The notes beneath the pieces were generated by a model. The model had not been told where the DNA came from. It searched no databases and saw nothing but the letters and a program-made list of their open reading frames with translations. 12,006 bases of DNA, taken from positions 1 through 12,006 of the IMG/VR virus record IMGVR_UViG_2609460346_000011; one strand, 5' to 3'. The translations under genes were made by a program, and so were the position numbers. Shown piece by piece: positions 1 through 8,073 of the stretch (within the stretch, counting starts at the first letter, position 1; every line of letters starts with the position of its first letter). The DNA comes from a virus (taxonomy: Duplodnaviria > Heunggongvirae > Uroviricota > Caudoviricetes).

Positions 1-1263
1 ATGAAACTGACTGATGTAGCTGTACGTAACGCCAAACCAGATAAGGACAACAACAAAATTAAAAAACTTCGAGACGGGAAAGGGCTGTATCTCTATGTTC
101 ACCCCAACGGCTCAAAATACTGGCGCTTTCGCAAGGTTATCAACGGTAAAGAAACGACCCGAGCTTTAGGCATTTATCCTGCCGTAACACTTGCACAGGC
201 AAGGAACGCTCGTGATGAATATCTGGCGAGCCTGGCTAAAGGCATTGACCCACTGCACACGCCAAAACCTCAAATAGTGCTTTTTGAAGACGTTGCCAGA
301 GAGTGGCACAGCCGGAAAAAGGGCTGGAGCGAATTACACGCGCAAAAAGTCTTAAAAGACCTGGAAAACCACATCTTCCCCATTCTAGGTAAAAGGCCAA
401 TTAACGAGATCACAACCATGGATCTACTGATTCCTTTACGCAAAATGGAAGATAAAGGAGTGCTTGAGACAGCATCACGTAACAAGCAGCGAATGAACGC
501 CATTATGCGCTACGCTGTACAGAATGGAATGATTAAATACAATCCAGCGCAGGAGCTAAACGGTGCAATCGAAACTAATAAAACCAAACATCGCCCTGCT
601 CTTCCCCTTGAGCGATTACCTGAATTACTTGGCAAAATAAATGATTACCACTATAAGATGAATGGACGGTTATTAACGCAATTTGCACTAAAATTAAATT
701 TATTAATTTTTATTCGCTCAAGTGAATTGCGTTTTGCTCGTTGGAATGAAATTGATTTTGATAAATCAATGTGGGTAATACCAGCAGAACGCGAAAAAAT
801 AGAAGGCGTAAAATATTCATATCGTGGAACGAAAATGGGAACCCCTCACGCCATCCCTTTACCCACTCAGGCCATGCAGCTTCTTGACGATATAAGAAAT
901 ATATCCGGTGATGAAGTGTTTATTTTCCCCGGCGACCATTACCAGATAAAACCAATGAGCGAAAACACCATTAACAAGGCATTACGCCACATGGGATACG
1001 ACACAAAAAAAGATATTTGTGGTCACGGATTCAGGGCCATGGCCTGTTCGGCGCTGACAGAGTCAGGCAGGTGGACAAGAGAAGCCGTTGAGCTTCAGAT
1101 GAGTCACAGGGAAAGAGGCAGTGTCCGGGCTGCATACGTTCACAGAGCTGAACATATGCAGGAACGCCGCCGAATGTTGCAATGGTGGGCTGATTATCTC
1201 GACACCTGCAAGACGGCATATATTGCCCCCTATGATTTTAAATGGGCTAACGAAACAGACTGA
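1..1263 (+). CDS. int: Tyrosine site-specific integrase, P4/CP4-57 (IntA-like) family, 420 aa
   Basis: Full-length ORF with TGA stop at 1261-1263. The N-terminus (LTD..VRNAKP...GKGLYLYVHPNGSKYWRFR...YPAVTLAQAR) matches the P4-type integrase N-terminal domain as I recall it. The C-terminus carries recombinase-like motifs (HGFRAM, RAAYVHRAE). The ORF starts on base 1, so the upstream attachment site and RBS are not visible. Confidence 0.9.
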   Translation: MKLTDVAVRNAKPDKDNNKIKKLRDGKGLYLYVHPNGSKYWRFRKVINGKETTRALGIYPAVTLAQARNARDEYLASLAKGIDPLHTPKPQIVLFEDVAREWHSRKKGWSELHAQKVLKDLENHIFPILGKRPINEITTMDLLIPLRKMEDKGVLETASRNKQRMNAIMRYAVQNGMIKYNPAQELNGAIETNKTKHRPALPLERLPELLGKINDYHYKMNGRLLTQFALKLNLLIFIRSSELRFARWNEIDFDKSMWVIPAEREKIEGVKYSYRGTKMGTPHAIPLPTQAMQLLDDIRNISGDEVFIFPGDHYQIKPMSENTINKALRHMGYDTKKDICGHGFRAMACSALTESGRWTREAVELQMSHRERGSVRAAYVHRAEHMQERRRMLQWWADYLDTCKTAYIAPYDFKWANETD

Positions 1264-1863
1264 ATCAACTCAACAAACTAAACTACCCCAAGCGGCTGAA
1301 TTAAACTCAAGGCGTGGACAATATGTGGACACGCCGATTTTTTTATCTTTTAAAATCAATAGAATAAGACACTACTAAAAGCACCTAGTGATTTTTTAGC
1401 CTCAAAACCAAGTATATCTATTTGATTTTTAATGTGTTTTTAATTAATGACCAGTTCTTTTGATAAAAACTAGAAAATCAAACTGTTTTATCGATATTGT
1501 TTTTTGATATGCATCACATTTTCAACTCTTTTTTTGTTTTCAGAATCCACTATTCCAGCGTTCGCAAGCATTGCATCCCCCCGGAACGGGCTTTCCTGGT
1601 GCCTGAAAGGGTAAGTCAGCAAACCTTTCTGGCACTAACTTGTTATTCTTTGTCGCTTTCTGGCGGTTTAAAGTGGCTCTAAATGTATATTTCACGCATG
1701 GAACAAATCTAACTGTCCATGTCAACCCCATCTGAAAATCGACCTGATTTACAAATCCGCTTTTCGTTGTTTATGATTTTTCTCGTCCCGCAGACGACCG
1801 CGAGATCTTACATGCTCCCACTGTGAGCTAACGTAAAGTGTTCAGCATATACAGGAGGCCAAT

Positions 1864-2085
1864 ATGTCAGCATACTCACAGACCAGCGAAAGGCGGATTC
1901 AAAAATTAATAAGACTCCCCAGAGTCATTGAAATCACAGGGAGATCAAGAGCTCGAATTTACGAAGATATAAAATCTGATATCTTCCCCAAACCAATAAA
2001 AATAGGCCCTCGTGCGGTTGCATGGGTTGAAGAAGAAATTATCGACTGGATAGAAGAAAGAAAACAACAACGTTTTCAGGCTTAA
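1864..2085 (+). CDS. alpA: AlpA-family phage transcriptional regulator / excisionase-like protein, 73 aa
   Basis: Strong SD (caggagg) 6 nt upstream of the ATG. The pattern IRLPRVIEITGRSRARIYEDI...FPKPIKIGPRAVAWVEEEIIDWIEER fits the AlpA/Vis helix-turn-helix signature (TG.SR..IY ... FPKP.K.G.R.V.W...EI..W). Confidence 0.85.
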   Translation: MSAYSQTSERRIQKLIRLPRVIEITGRSRARIYEDIKSDIFPKPIKIGPRAVAWVEEEIIDWIEERKQQRFQA

Positions 2086-2701
2086 TTATTTTCATTTTAT
2101 AGTCAGCATGGCGCGATATGCGCCTAAACACTTCATACAATAAGAAACATCACTTAACCAAAGATGCATTCATGGTTTAAAAGATGCTCTACCCTTGTTA
2201 AGGAAACCGGAGTAAACAGATATAACAAAATAAAAGAAAGTGGACTATCAGAGGGATATTTTCATCTGTACGTCACACGTAAGAAATATATTTCAAGGAG
2301 CTAAGTTTAAAATCAACATTTATTTACAGAGTATAAAATTGAGTTATTCCGGTTACATTAACCGGATTGGGTGAACTGTTATGATAAATACAAGTAATGG
2401 CGACGTGGGTATATTCTCCACGAGGCATAAACAAACAAACGCTTTAAACATCATAACCGGATGTCCGGGAATACAGCATTATCCTGCTGACTGGAGCGGG
2501 CACATTGCTACATGTGAGGGAAGGAGGCCGGGTACTGGCAGCAGAGTCAAAAAAAGAAGCTCGCTAAAGCTAGCGAGCCAACCAGTCAGTAGTACGCGAT
2601 GGATCTGACATTAAGAATAATAGGCAGAAATAATTATGGCTTTTTTACTCTTAAAAATCAATCACTCAGCGCAAGTGAGCAAAAATAATTTGCAATATTG
2701 C

Positions 2702-2731
2702 TTGACTCGCTTTTTTGTCATGGCGTATCGT
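2702..2731 (+). promoter_or_regulatory. Putative sigma70-like promoter (TTGACT, ~18 bp spacer, TATCGT) reading into the repeat region
   Basis: TTGACT at 2702-2707 and a weak -10 candidate TATCGT at 2726-2731, with AT-rich DNA upstream. Pattern match only. Confidence 0.25.
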
Positions 2732-2756
2732 TTGCCCGCACCTCATAAAGCGGGTG

Positions 2757-2941
2757 CCGGGTTTAGCAGCCTGAACAATCAAGCGGGTAGCCGCTATATT
2801 TCCGTAATGCGGTTTTTTTGTGCCCGTAATTCCACCCTACCCCGTATTATGGCGGGGCGGAATGGGGGGGCCTTTGCGCTCGCTGGTTCCTTGATTGCCA
2901 GTCTGCTAACCCTGTTACGTCCCGCCACCATGTTTAGCAGC
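2757..2941 (+). promoter_or_regulatory. Non-coding region with direct 10-mer repeats (GTTTAGCAGC at 2761-2770 and 2932-2941) and an internal partly complementary segment (2897-2914); candidate RNA-RNA regulatory module
   Basis: The exact 10-mer occurs twice 171 bp apart. The reverse complement of 2897-2914 (CAGGGTTAGCAGACTGGC) aligns with the first repeat context (CCGGGTTTAGCAGCCTG) at about 14 of 16 positions with one bulge. The 173-aa ORF called across this region translates to low-complexity sequence that does not look protein-like. Confidence 0.35.
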
Positions 2942-2983
2942 GTGCTGGCGAGACTCCGTAAACTTAATCAAGGAGCCGCCAAA

Positions 2984-3157
2984 ATGGCTATATCAACACG
3001 CCCTGATTTTATCTGGCGCTTTATGCAGTGCCACGGTAAAAATATTCGCCTTCATACCGTTACCGCTGCCAGTGAGCGCGAAGCGCGCGCCATGCTTCCG
3101 GCATCCCGTCTGGTCTTTGTTGCCCGTATCCGTGTCCGGGAGGCGTGCCATGTTTAA
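2984..3157 (+). CDS. Hypothetical small protein, 57 aa
   Basis: Internal ATG of the 2636..3157 ORF, with SD AGGAG at 2971-2975 eight nt upstream. Its stop overlaps the next gene's start. No family recognised. Confidence 0.45.
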   Translation: MAISTRPDFIWRFMQCHGKNIRLHTVTAASEREARAMLPASRLVFVARIRVREACHV

Positions 3158-3332
3158 GCTCCTTATCACCCTGATTAACTACCAGAACGGCGACGTTCGC
3201 CAGATGATTCATTCCTGGGAATATCCGACTTATGACGATGCATGGCGTGATGCCTGTCGTATGGCATATTCCCGCAATGACAAACAGGGGCGATTAACCC
3301 ACAAATGCGCAGTAAAAATCATGGAGGGGTAA
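3150..3332 (+). CDS. Hypothetical small protein, 60 aa
   Basis: ATG at 3150 preceded by GGGAGG (3135-3140) and overlapping the stop of the upstream ORF (translational coupling). The longer 3072 start lacks an RBS and overlaps the upstream gene. No family recognised. Confidence 0.4.
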   Translation: MFKLLITLINYQNGDVRQMIHSWEYPTYDDAWRDACRMAYSRNDKQGRLTHKCAVKIMEG

Positions 3333-3334
3333 CG

Positions 3335-3523
3335 ATGTACGAGATTCATATTAAATTGCGTAATGTGGTAACAGGAGAGGAAGAAAACTTCTACACGATA
3401 CGTAAATATAAATCAAAAGGAAAAGCGGCAAGGGACGCTATCAGGTATACGGAAGAAATTGCGCCGAAATATCAATTGCCAGAAGAAGAATTCACAGCAT
3501 CAGTGGTAAAGGTGAAGAAATGA
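3335..3523 (+). CDS. Hypothetical small protein, 62 aa (Lys/Glu-rich)
   Basis: ATG at 3335 with SD GGAGGGG five nt upstream; stop TGA overlaps the next start (ATGA at 3520-3523). No family recognised. Confidence 0.45.
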   Translation: MYEIHIKLRNVVTGEEENFYTIRKYKSKGKAARDAIRYTEEIAPKYQLPEEEFTASVVKVKK

Positions 3524-3738
3524 AAAGCCGTTCAATATCCCGTAAAAATAATGGCAGTGGTGAAAAACGTTTCTTTGTGTTGGGTTATGCCGTTAATAAA
3601 CGTGGGTTAACCAAACATGCACATGCAACGGTATACGGAACAGGACCGGGCGAAGCCATACGCCGCGCAGCCGAAGGGCTGGAAGAGCTGGGAATGACAC
3701 ATTTCAGGGCATTGAAGGTTACGCAGCTTTCCGCCTGA
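3520..3738 (+). CDS. Hypothetical small protein, 72 aa
   Basis: Start overlaps the upstream stop (ATGA) and a purine-rich stretch lies upstream. No family recognised. By position it could correspond to the small ORFs preceding the primase gene in P4-like elements. Confidence 0.45.
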   Translation: MKSRSISRKNNGSGEKRFFVLGYAVNKRGLTKHAHATVYGTGPGEAIRRAAEGLEELGMTHFRALKVTQLSA

Positions 3739-3805
3739 TTCCTTAATTACCAACTGATAACTGAATTAAATTTATATTTCGATCTTAACGGGTCGGGGAG
3801 TTTTT

Positions 3806-4105
3806 ATGTCTAAACGTCAGAATAGCGAAATTTTTTTAGATAGAGAATATGCTGGCTTTTTTACAGAAAGTGCAAAGGAAGATCTCACAGATGTGATTAA
3901 TCTCGTCAGTTTAATATCTGTGGTCTTTGGCGATAAAAATGGTAGAGCATCAGCAGAAATTATAAATGAAGAAATTGTATCTCTGTCTAACATTATTTAT
4001 AGGGAATTACAATCAATAAAATCTGGTATGCATTCATCCGGCGGAATTTTTTCATGGCATAGCGCCGAAACCGCCGGGATTGCCAAAGCAATAAGCAACG
4101 AGTAA
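3806..4105 (+). CDS. Hypothetical protein, 99 aa, encoded in a markedly AT-rich segment
   Basis: SD GGGGAG six nt upstream of the ATG. Codon usage and GC content are clearly lower than in the flanking genes. A perfect hairpin follows immediately downstream. Confidence 0.5.
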   Translation: MSKRQNSEIFLDREYAGFFTESAKEDLTDVINLVSLISVVFGDKNGRASAEIINEEIVSLSNIIYRELQSIKSGMHSSGGIFSWHSAETAGIAKAISNE

Positions 4106-4115
4106 TTAATAAAAA

Positions 4116-4140
4116 CCCCACTGCAAAAGGTGCAGTGGGG
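4116..4140 (+). terminator. Perfect 10-bp stem hairpin (CCCCACTGCA / AAAGG / TGCAGTGGGG), intrinsic terminator or RBS-sequestering structure
   Basis: Perfect inverted repeat seen directly, preceded by an A-tract and followed by a U-rich stretch. The right arm overlaps the purine-rich SD (GGTGGAG, 4138-4144) of the primase gene. Confidence 0.5.
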
Positions 4141-4153
4141 TGGAGTTTTATAT

Positions 4154-6823
4154 ATGAAATCTGACATCAGAAAAGAGATTATTAACCGTCTTATCCGTGA
4201 TTACAACTTCAAAGAAGAAAATAACTACCTCCGATATGGTGTTTGTCCACAATGTGGAAAGAAAGAGCTGTTTACCAGCCTTGAGAAGCCGTACATCGTA
4301 CACTGCGGGCGTGAAAATAAATGCGGTACAGACCTGCTAACCAAAGAACTTTACCCGGATGTGTTTTCATCATGGTCAGATCGCTATATCAGCACGAAAG
4401 ACGAGCCATATGCAGCGGCGGCAGCTTATCTTCAGGAGGCGCGCAATATTGCTGTGGAGCCACTGAAAGGGGTATTCACTCAGGAGCGATACCAGGACAA
4501 GGAAAGCGGCGAACAGGCCGCTACCGTGCGTTTTACACTGGCTGACGGCGTGTGGTGGGAGCGCATCATAGACCGACCGGAACGCTTCGAACGGAAGGCG
4601 AATTTTTCCGGCAGCTACAAGGGGCTGTGGTGGGCTTATCCGGGAACAGATTTAAGCAGGGCCAAGGAAATCTGGATTTGTGAGGGTGTCTTTGATGCAA
4701 TCAGCCTTAACCAGAATGGCATTGCGGCCGTTTCTGTCATGTCTGCCGTGAATTATCCTGATGAGGCGCTGGAAGAACTGGCAAAGCAGTGCGGAGATAA
4801 TCCCCGTCCGGTTATTGTGTGGGCGCTGGATAACGGGCGTGCAGGTGAGCGTTACGCGAAAAAACATGCAGAACGCAGCGCCGAAGACGGCTGGAGAACG
4901 GCGGCGGCGTTACCGGGTAAAAACAGCAATAAACGCGACTGGAATGATTTACACACCGCCGGAAAGCTGCGTAGCCATGATGTAAAAAGATACCGTTATT
5001 ACGGTGATTTATTACTGGCGAAATCCCCAAGAGATAAGGCGCTGATAATATTTTCCTTTTGTGAGCGGAAGGAATTTCATTTTACCTTTGATAACCGTGT
5101 TTTCTGGTTCAAACTGGACATTGAGCGCTATATGAAGGCTGTTGAGCGTGCCAAGAATGAGCGAAATGTTGATGAGGATGAAGCGCGCAAAATTGCACTT
5201 AAGGAATCCGGTACTGTAAAAGAAATCGCAAACTGTAACCCAGCGCCGCTTTATTACATTCGAAATAATGATACGGATGAAGCCTGGTATTACTTCCGTG
5301 TTACGTTCCCGGATGGTGCTACGGTGAAAAACACCTTTACATCAGGACAATTAACATCCGCATCTGAATTTAAAAAACGCCTGTTGCATGTGGCAAAAGG
5401 CGGTATTTATACCGGAACGACTGCGCACCTTGATGCATTAATAAAAAATGACCTTCCCGCAATAAAAAATGTTATCGGTCAGGATTTTATCGGATACAAC
5501 AAAGAGATTGGCGCGTGGCTGTTTAATGATGTCGCGGTTTGTAATGGTAAAACCTACGAAATCAATGAAGAGGATTATTTTGAAATTGATGGCATAAACG
5601 CAAAACCATTGAATAAAAAACCAATATTGCAGATTAACTATAAAAAACCGGATAAATTTACAATATCCTGGGTGGAAGATCTCTGGCTGGCGTTTGGTGA
5701 AAAGGGAATTATTACCCTGGCCTTCTGGCTGGGTTCGTTGTTCAGCGAACAAATCAGGCAGAAAAACACGTCTTACCCTTTTCTTGAGATTACCGGAGAG
5801 CCTGGAACGGGTAAAACAACGCTGATTGATTTTTGTTGGCGTTTGTGTGGCCGTGACAACTATGAAGGTGTTGATCCAACCAAAGGATCGGAATCAGGCT
5901 GGAAGCGAACTTTTGGACAGGTCGCCGGATTACCTGTTGTTCTGATTGAAGCAGACCGGGGAGACAATGCGCAAAAAAGAGGCGCGTTTGACTTCGATAA
6001 CCTGAAAAGCCTCTATAACGGTGGTGGTATTGGGGTACGTGGCGTTAAAACCAATGATAACGCCACATATGACCCCGTTTTTAAGGGGGCTGTCGTGATT
6101 GCGCAAAATGCCACGGTAAACGCCTCGTCGGCAATTATTGAGCGCCTGGTACGTGTATACACCGATAAAAAACGCCACTCACCAGATAGCCGACTGGCAG
6201 CAAAACGGCTGGAGCTTTACCCCGTTGAGCAGGTATCAGGTTTTATCCATCGGGCAGTAAGTCAGGAACGGACGATTATGGAGACGTTTATGGCACTCTC
6301 GGATTCTGAGACAACCCGCCTTTATAGTTGCGAAAATATTCGTCATCAGCGTATTGCCAAAAATCACGCGCAACTTATCGCGCTGGTCAGGGCGCTGAAA
6401 TGCGTTATTGATATCCCGGATGAATGGCTTGATGCCACATGTCTGGAACTGGAGCGAATGGCAGAGGAACAGGCTAAAGCGGTAATGGATGACTTGCCGG
6501 AAGTGATGGCGTTCTGGGAGACGTTCGACTATCTGGACGGCATCACAGCATACGGCGTAAATCATTTTGGCAAGGGACGGCAGAATGAGTTTGCCATCAG
6601 TATCCCGCAACTTGAGCAGGTTGCCGCCGTTCACCACGTGAAGATCCAAACCAATCCCGAAATGATAAAGCTTCTCAAGGCTGGCCGTTCTCGATCGCTG
6701 ATTGGATACAAGCCCGTCCGTAGCGAGGTATCCAGACAGGCGAACGCCGGGAGGGGAATAGCCGAGGCCAGAGAGAAGGAGGTATTGAAATGCTGGATAT
6801 TTAGTAACAAGGAGGGGGCTTAA
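4154..6823 (+). CDS. DNA primase/helicase-type replication initiator (zinc ribbon + TOPRIM/EGxxD primase + P-loop NTPase), P4 alpha-like in architecture, 889 aa
   Basis: Start taken at the ATG at 4154 (MKSDIRK) rather than the upstream in-frame ATG inside the hairpin. N-terminal Cys cluster CPQCGKK...HCGRENKCG; EGVFDA primase-type motif followed by an acidic DNGRAGE segment; Walker A GEPGTGKTT near residue 550. Confidence 0.85.
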   Translation: MKSDIRKEIINRLIRDYNFKEENNYLRYGVCPQCGKKELFTSLEKPYIVHCGRENKCGTDLLTKELYPDVFSSWSDRYISTKDEPYAAAAAYLQEARNIAVEPLKGVFTQERYQDKESGEQAATVRFTLADGVWWERIIDRPERFERKANFSGSYKGLWWAYPGTDLSRAKEIWICEGVFDAISLNQNGIAAVSVMSAVNYPDEALEELAKQCGDNPRPVIVWALDNGRAGERYAKKHAERSAEDGWRTAAALPGKNSNKRDWNDLHTAGKLRSHDVKRYRYYGDLLLAKSPRDKALIIFSFCERKEFHFTFDNRVFWFKLDIERYMKAVERAKNERNVDEDEARKIALKESGTVKEIANCNPAPLYYIRNNDTDEAWYYFRVTFPDGATVKNTFTSGQLTSASEFKKRLLHVAKGGIYTGTTAHLDALIKNDLPAIKNVIGQDFIGYNKEIGAWLFNDVAVCNGKTYEINEEDYFEIDGINAKPLNKKPILQINYKKPDKFTISWVEDLWLAFGEKGIITLAFWLGSLFSEQIRQKNTSYPFLEITGEPGTGKTTLIDFCWRLCGRDNYEGVDPTKGSESGWKRTFGQVAGLPVVLIEADRGDNAQKRGAFDFDNLKSLYNGGGIGVRGVKTNDNATYDPVFKGAVVIAQNATVNASSAIIERLVRVYTDKKRHSPDSRLAAKRLELYPVEQVSGFIHRAVSQERTIMETFMALSDSETTRLYSCENIRHQRIAKNHAQLIALVRALKCVIDIPDEWLDATCLELERMAEEQAKAVMDDLPEVMAFWETFDYLDGITAYGVNHFGKGRQNEFAISIPQLEQVAAVHHVKIQTNPEMIKLLKAGRSRSLIGYKPVRSEVSRQANAGRGIAEAREKEVLKCWIFSNKEGA

Positions 6824-6825
6824 GT

Positions 6826-7827
6826 ATGTCGATCAGAAAGATGGATGATGGGCGATGGCTGCTCGATATCAGGCCCCAAGGGGCGTACGGCAAACGGATA
6901 CGTAAAATTTTTGTCAGGAAAGGGAGTGCGGAGGTCTTCAAAGAACATATTTTACAGAATTTCCATAACAACCCATGGCTGGCTAAACCTGCTGATCGAC
7001 GGAGATTATCAGAGCTGCTTGATATATGGTGGATGCTTGATGGCCGTAACCAGGCTTACGGTGATACCTACAGGATTCGGATGGAGAAAGTGATTCGTGA
7101 AATGGGAGATCCGCGTGCCAGCCAGATGACGCAAAAATTTATGCTTGAGTATCGGTCAGAGAAATTACAGGCCGGCTTAATGCCATCCAGCATTAATCGT
7201 GACTTGTGCGTTCTGTCTACCATGTTCACGGTGCTGATTGAAGCTGAGGTCTTTCACAACCCGAACCCTGTACGCGGTATACGCAAGCTAAAAATTCAGA
7301 ATACAGAGATGGCCTTTCTTTCTGATGATGAGATTGAGCGGCTTCTTGAGCGACTGGAGGGGGATGCGCGTCGTGTTGCCATTCTGTGTCTTTCTACTGG
7401 TGCCCGATGGAGTGAAGCATCGGAACTACGTGGAGAGCACATCATTGGCAACCGGGTGACGTTCTTTAACACCAAAAACGGAAAATCCCGTTCGGTTCCT
7501 GTGGCTGATTCGGTCGTGCCGCTGATTAAGACCCACCGGACAGGGGTGTTGTATCAGGTTGATTATCTGAAGTTCCGGGAGATCCTTCAGGAGGTGAAGC
7601 CGGATTTACCGAAGGGGCAGGCTACGCATGTCATGCGTCATACATTTGCCACACACTTTATGATGAATGGCGGAAATATTGTTACGTTACAACGAATCCT
7701 GGGGCATGCCACGATTCAACAGACAATGACGTACGCGCATTTTTCTCCCGACTATCTGGCGGATGCCATGAGGTTTAACCCGATAGCTAACATGGCATTC
7801 ACTGAACAAGAAGAGCCAGCAGAGTAA
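6826..7827 (+). CDS. int: Tyrosine integrase, P2 Int-like family, 333 aa
   Basis: Near end-to-end resemblance to the P2 integrase as I recall it (MSIRKMDDGRWLLDIRPQG..GKRIRK...AILCLSTGARWSEA...GQATHVMRHTFATHFMMNGGNIVTLQRILGH...TYAHF). Catalytic Arg, HxxR box and Tyr are present. The ATG lies 2 nt after the primase stop, with the SD (AAGGAGGGGG) inside the primase 3' end. Confidence 0.85.
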   Translation: MSIRKMDDGRWLLDIRPQGAYGKRIRKIFVRKGSAEVFKEHILQNFHNNPWLAKPADRRRLSELLDIWWMLDGRNQAYGDTYRIRMEKVIREMGDPRASQMTQKFMLEYRSEKLQAGLMPSSINRDLCVLSTMFTVLIEAEVFHNPNPVRGIRKLKIQNTEMAFLSDDEIERLLERLEGDARRVAILCLSTGARWSEASELRGEHIIGNRVTFFNTKNGKSRSVPVADSVVPLIKTHRTGVLYQVDYLKFREILQEVKPDLPKGQATHVMRHTFATHFMMNGGNIVTLQRILGHATIQQTMTYAHFSPDYLADAMRFNPIANMAFTEQEEPAE

Positions 7828-7857
7828 CCCGCAGAACGCTACATTCACAGCAAAAGA

Positions 7858-7882
7858 GGTCAGTTTTCCACTGGCCTTTTTT
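7858..7882 (+). terminator. Rho-independent terminator after the P2-type integrase
   Basis: Stem GGUCAG/CUGGCC (one G-U pair) with a 7-nt loop, followed by a run of six T. Confidence 0.6.
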
Positions 7883-8073
7883 GTTGGCCAAAGCCAACGG
7901 TAACAGCAATGCGATGGAGGCCATATTGCAGTGGTGTCGCCATCAATTTTTTTTGCTCTCCCCCCTGGTTATCAGAAAGAGTCAAATAATGGCGAGATAC
8001 ATTTCAATAACAGAGAGTTAATGATAGAGATACAGAATAAGTGAGTTTGATTAACATTTTAAAGGGTCGCGCT

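Noticed and set aside
2381-2608. 75-aa ORF on + strand
   Set aside because: Weak RBS and a composition and sequence that look non-protein-like. It lies in a putative regulatory region containing small palindromes (CCGGTTACATTAACCGG, GCTCGCTAAAGCTAGCGAGC).
2636-2983. N-terminal two-thirds of the 173-aa ORF 2636..3157
   Set aside because: The translation is low-complexity (Ala/Gly/Leu/Arg-rich), there is no RBS at 2636, and the region contains direct and complementary repeats typical of structured RNA. Only the 3' portion from the ATG at 2984, which has a good SD, was kept as a CDS.
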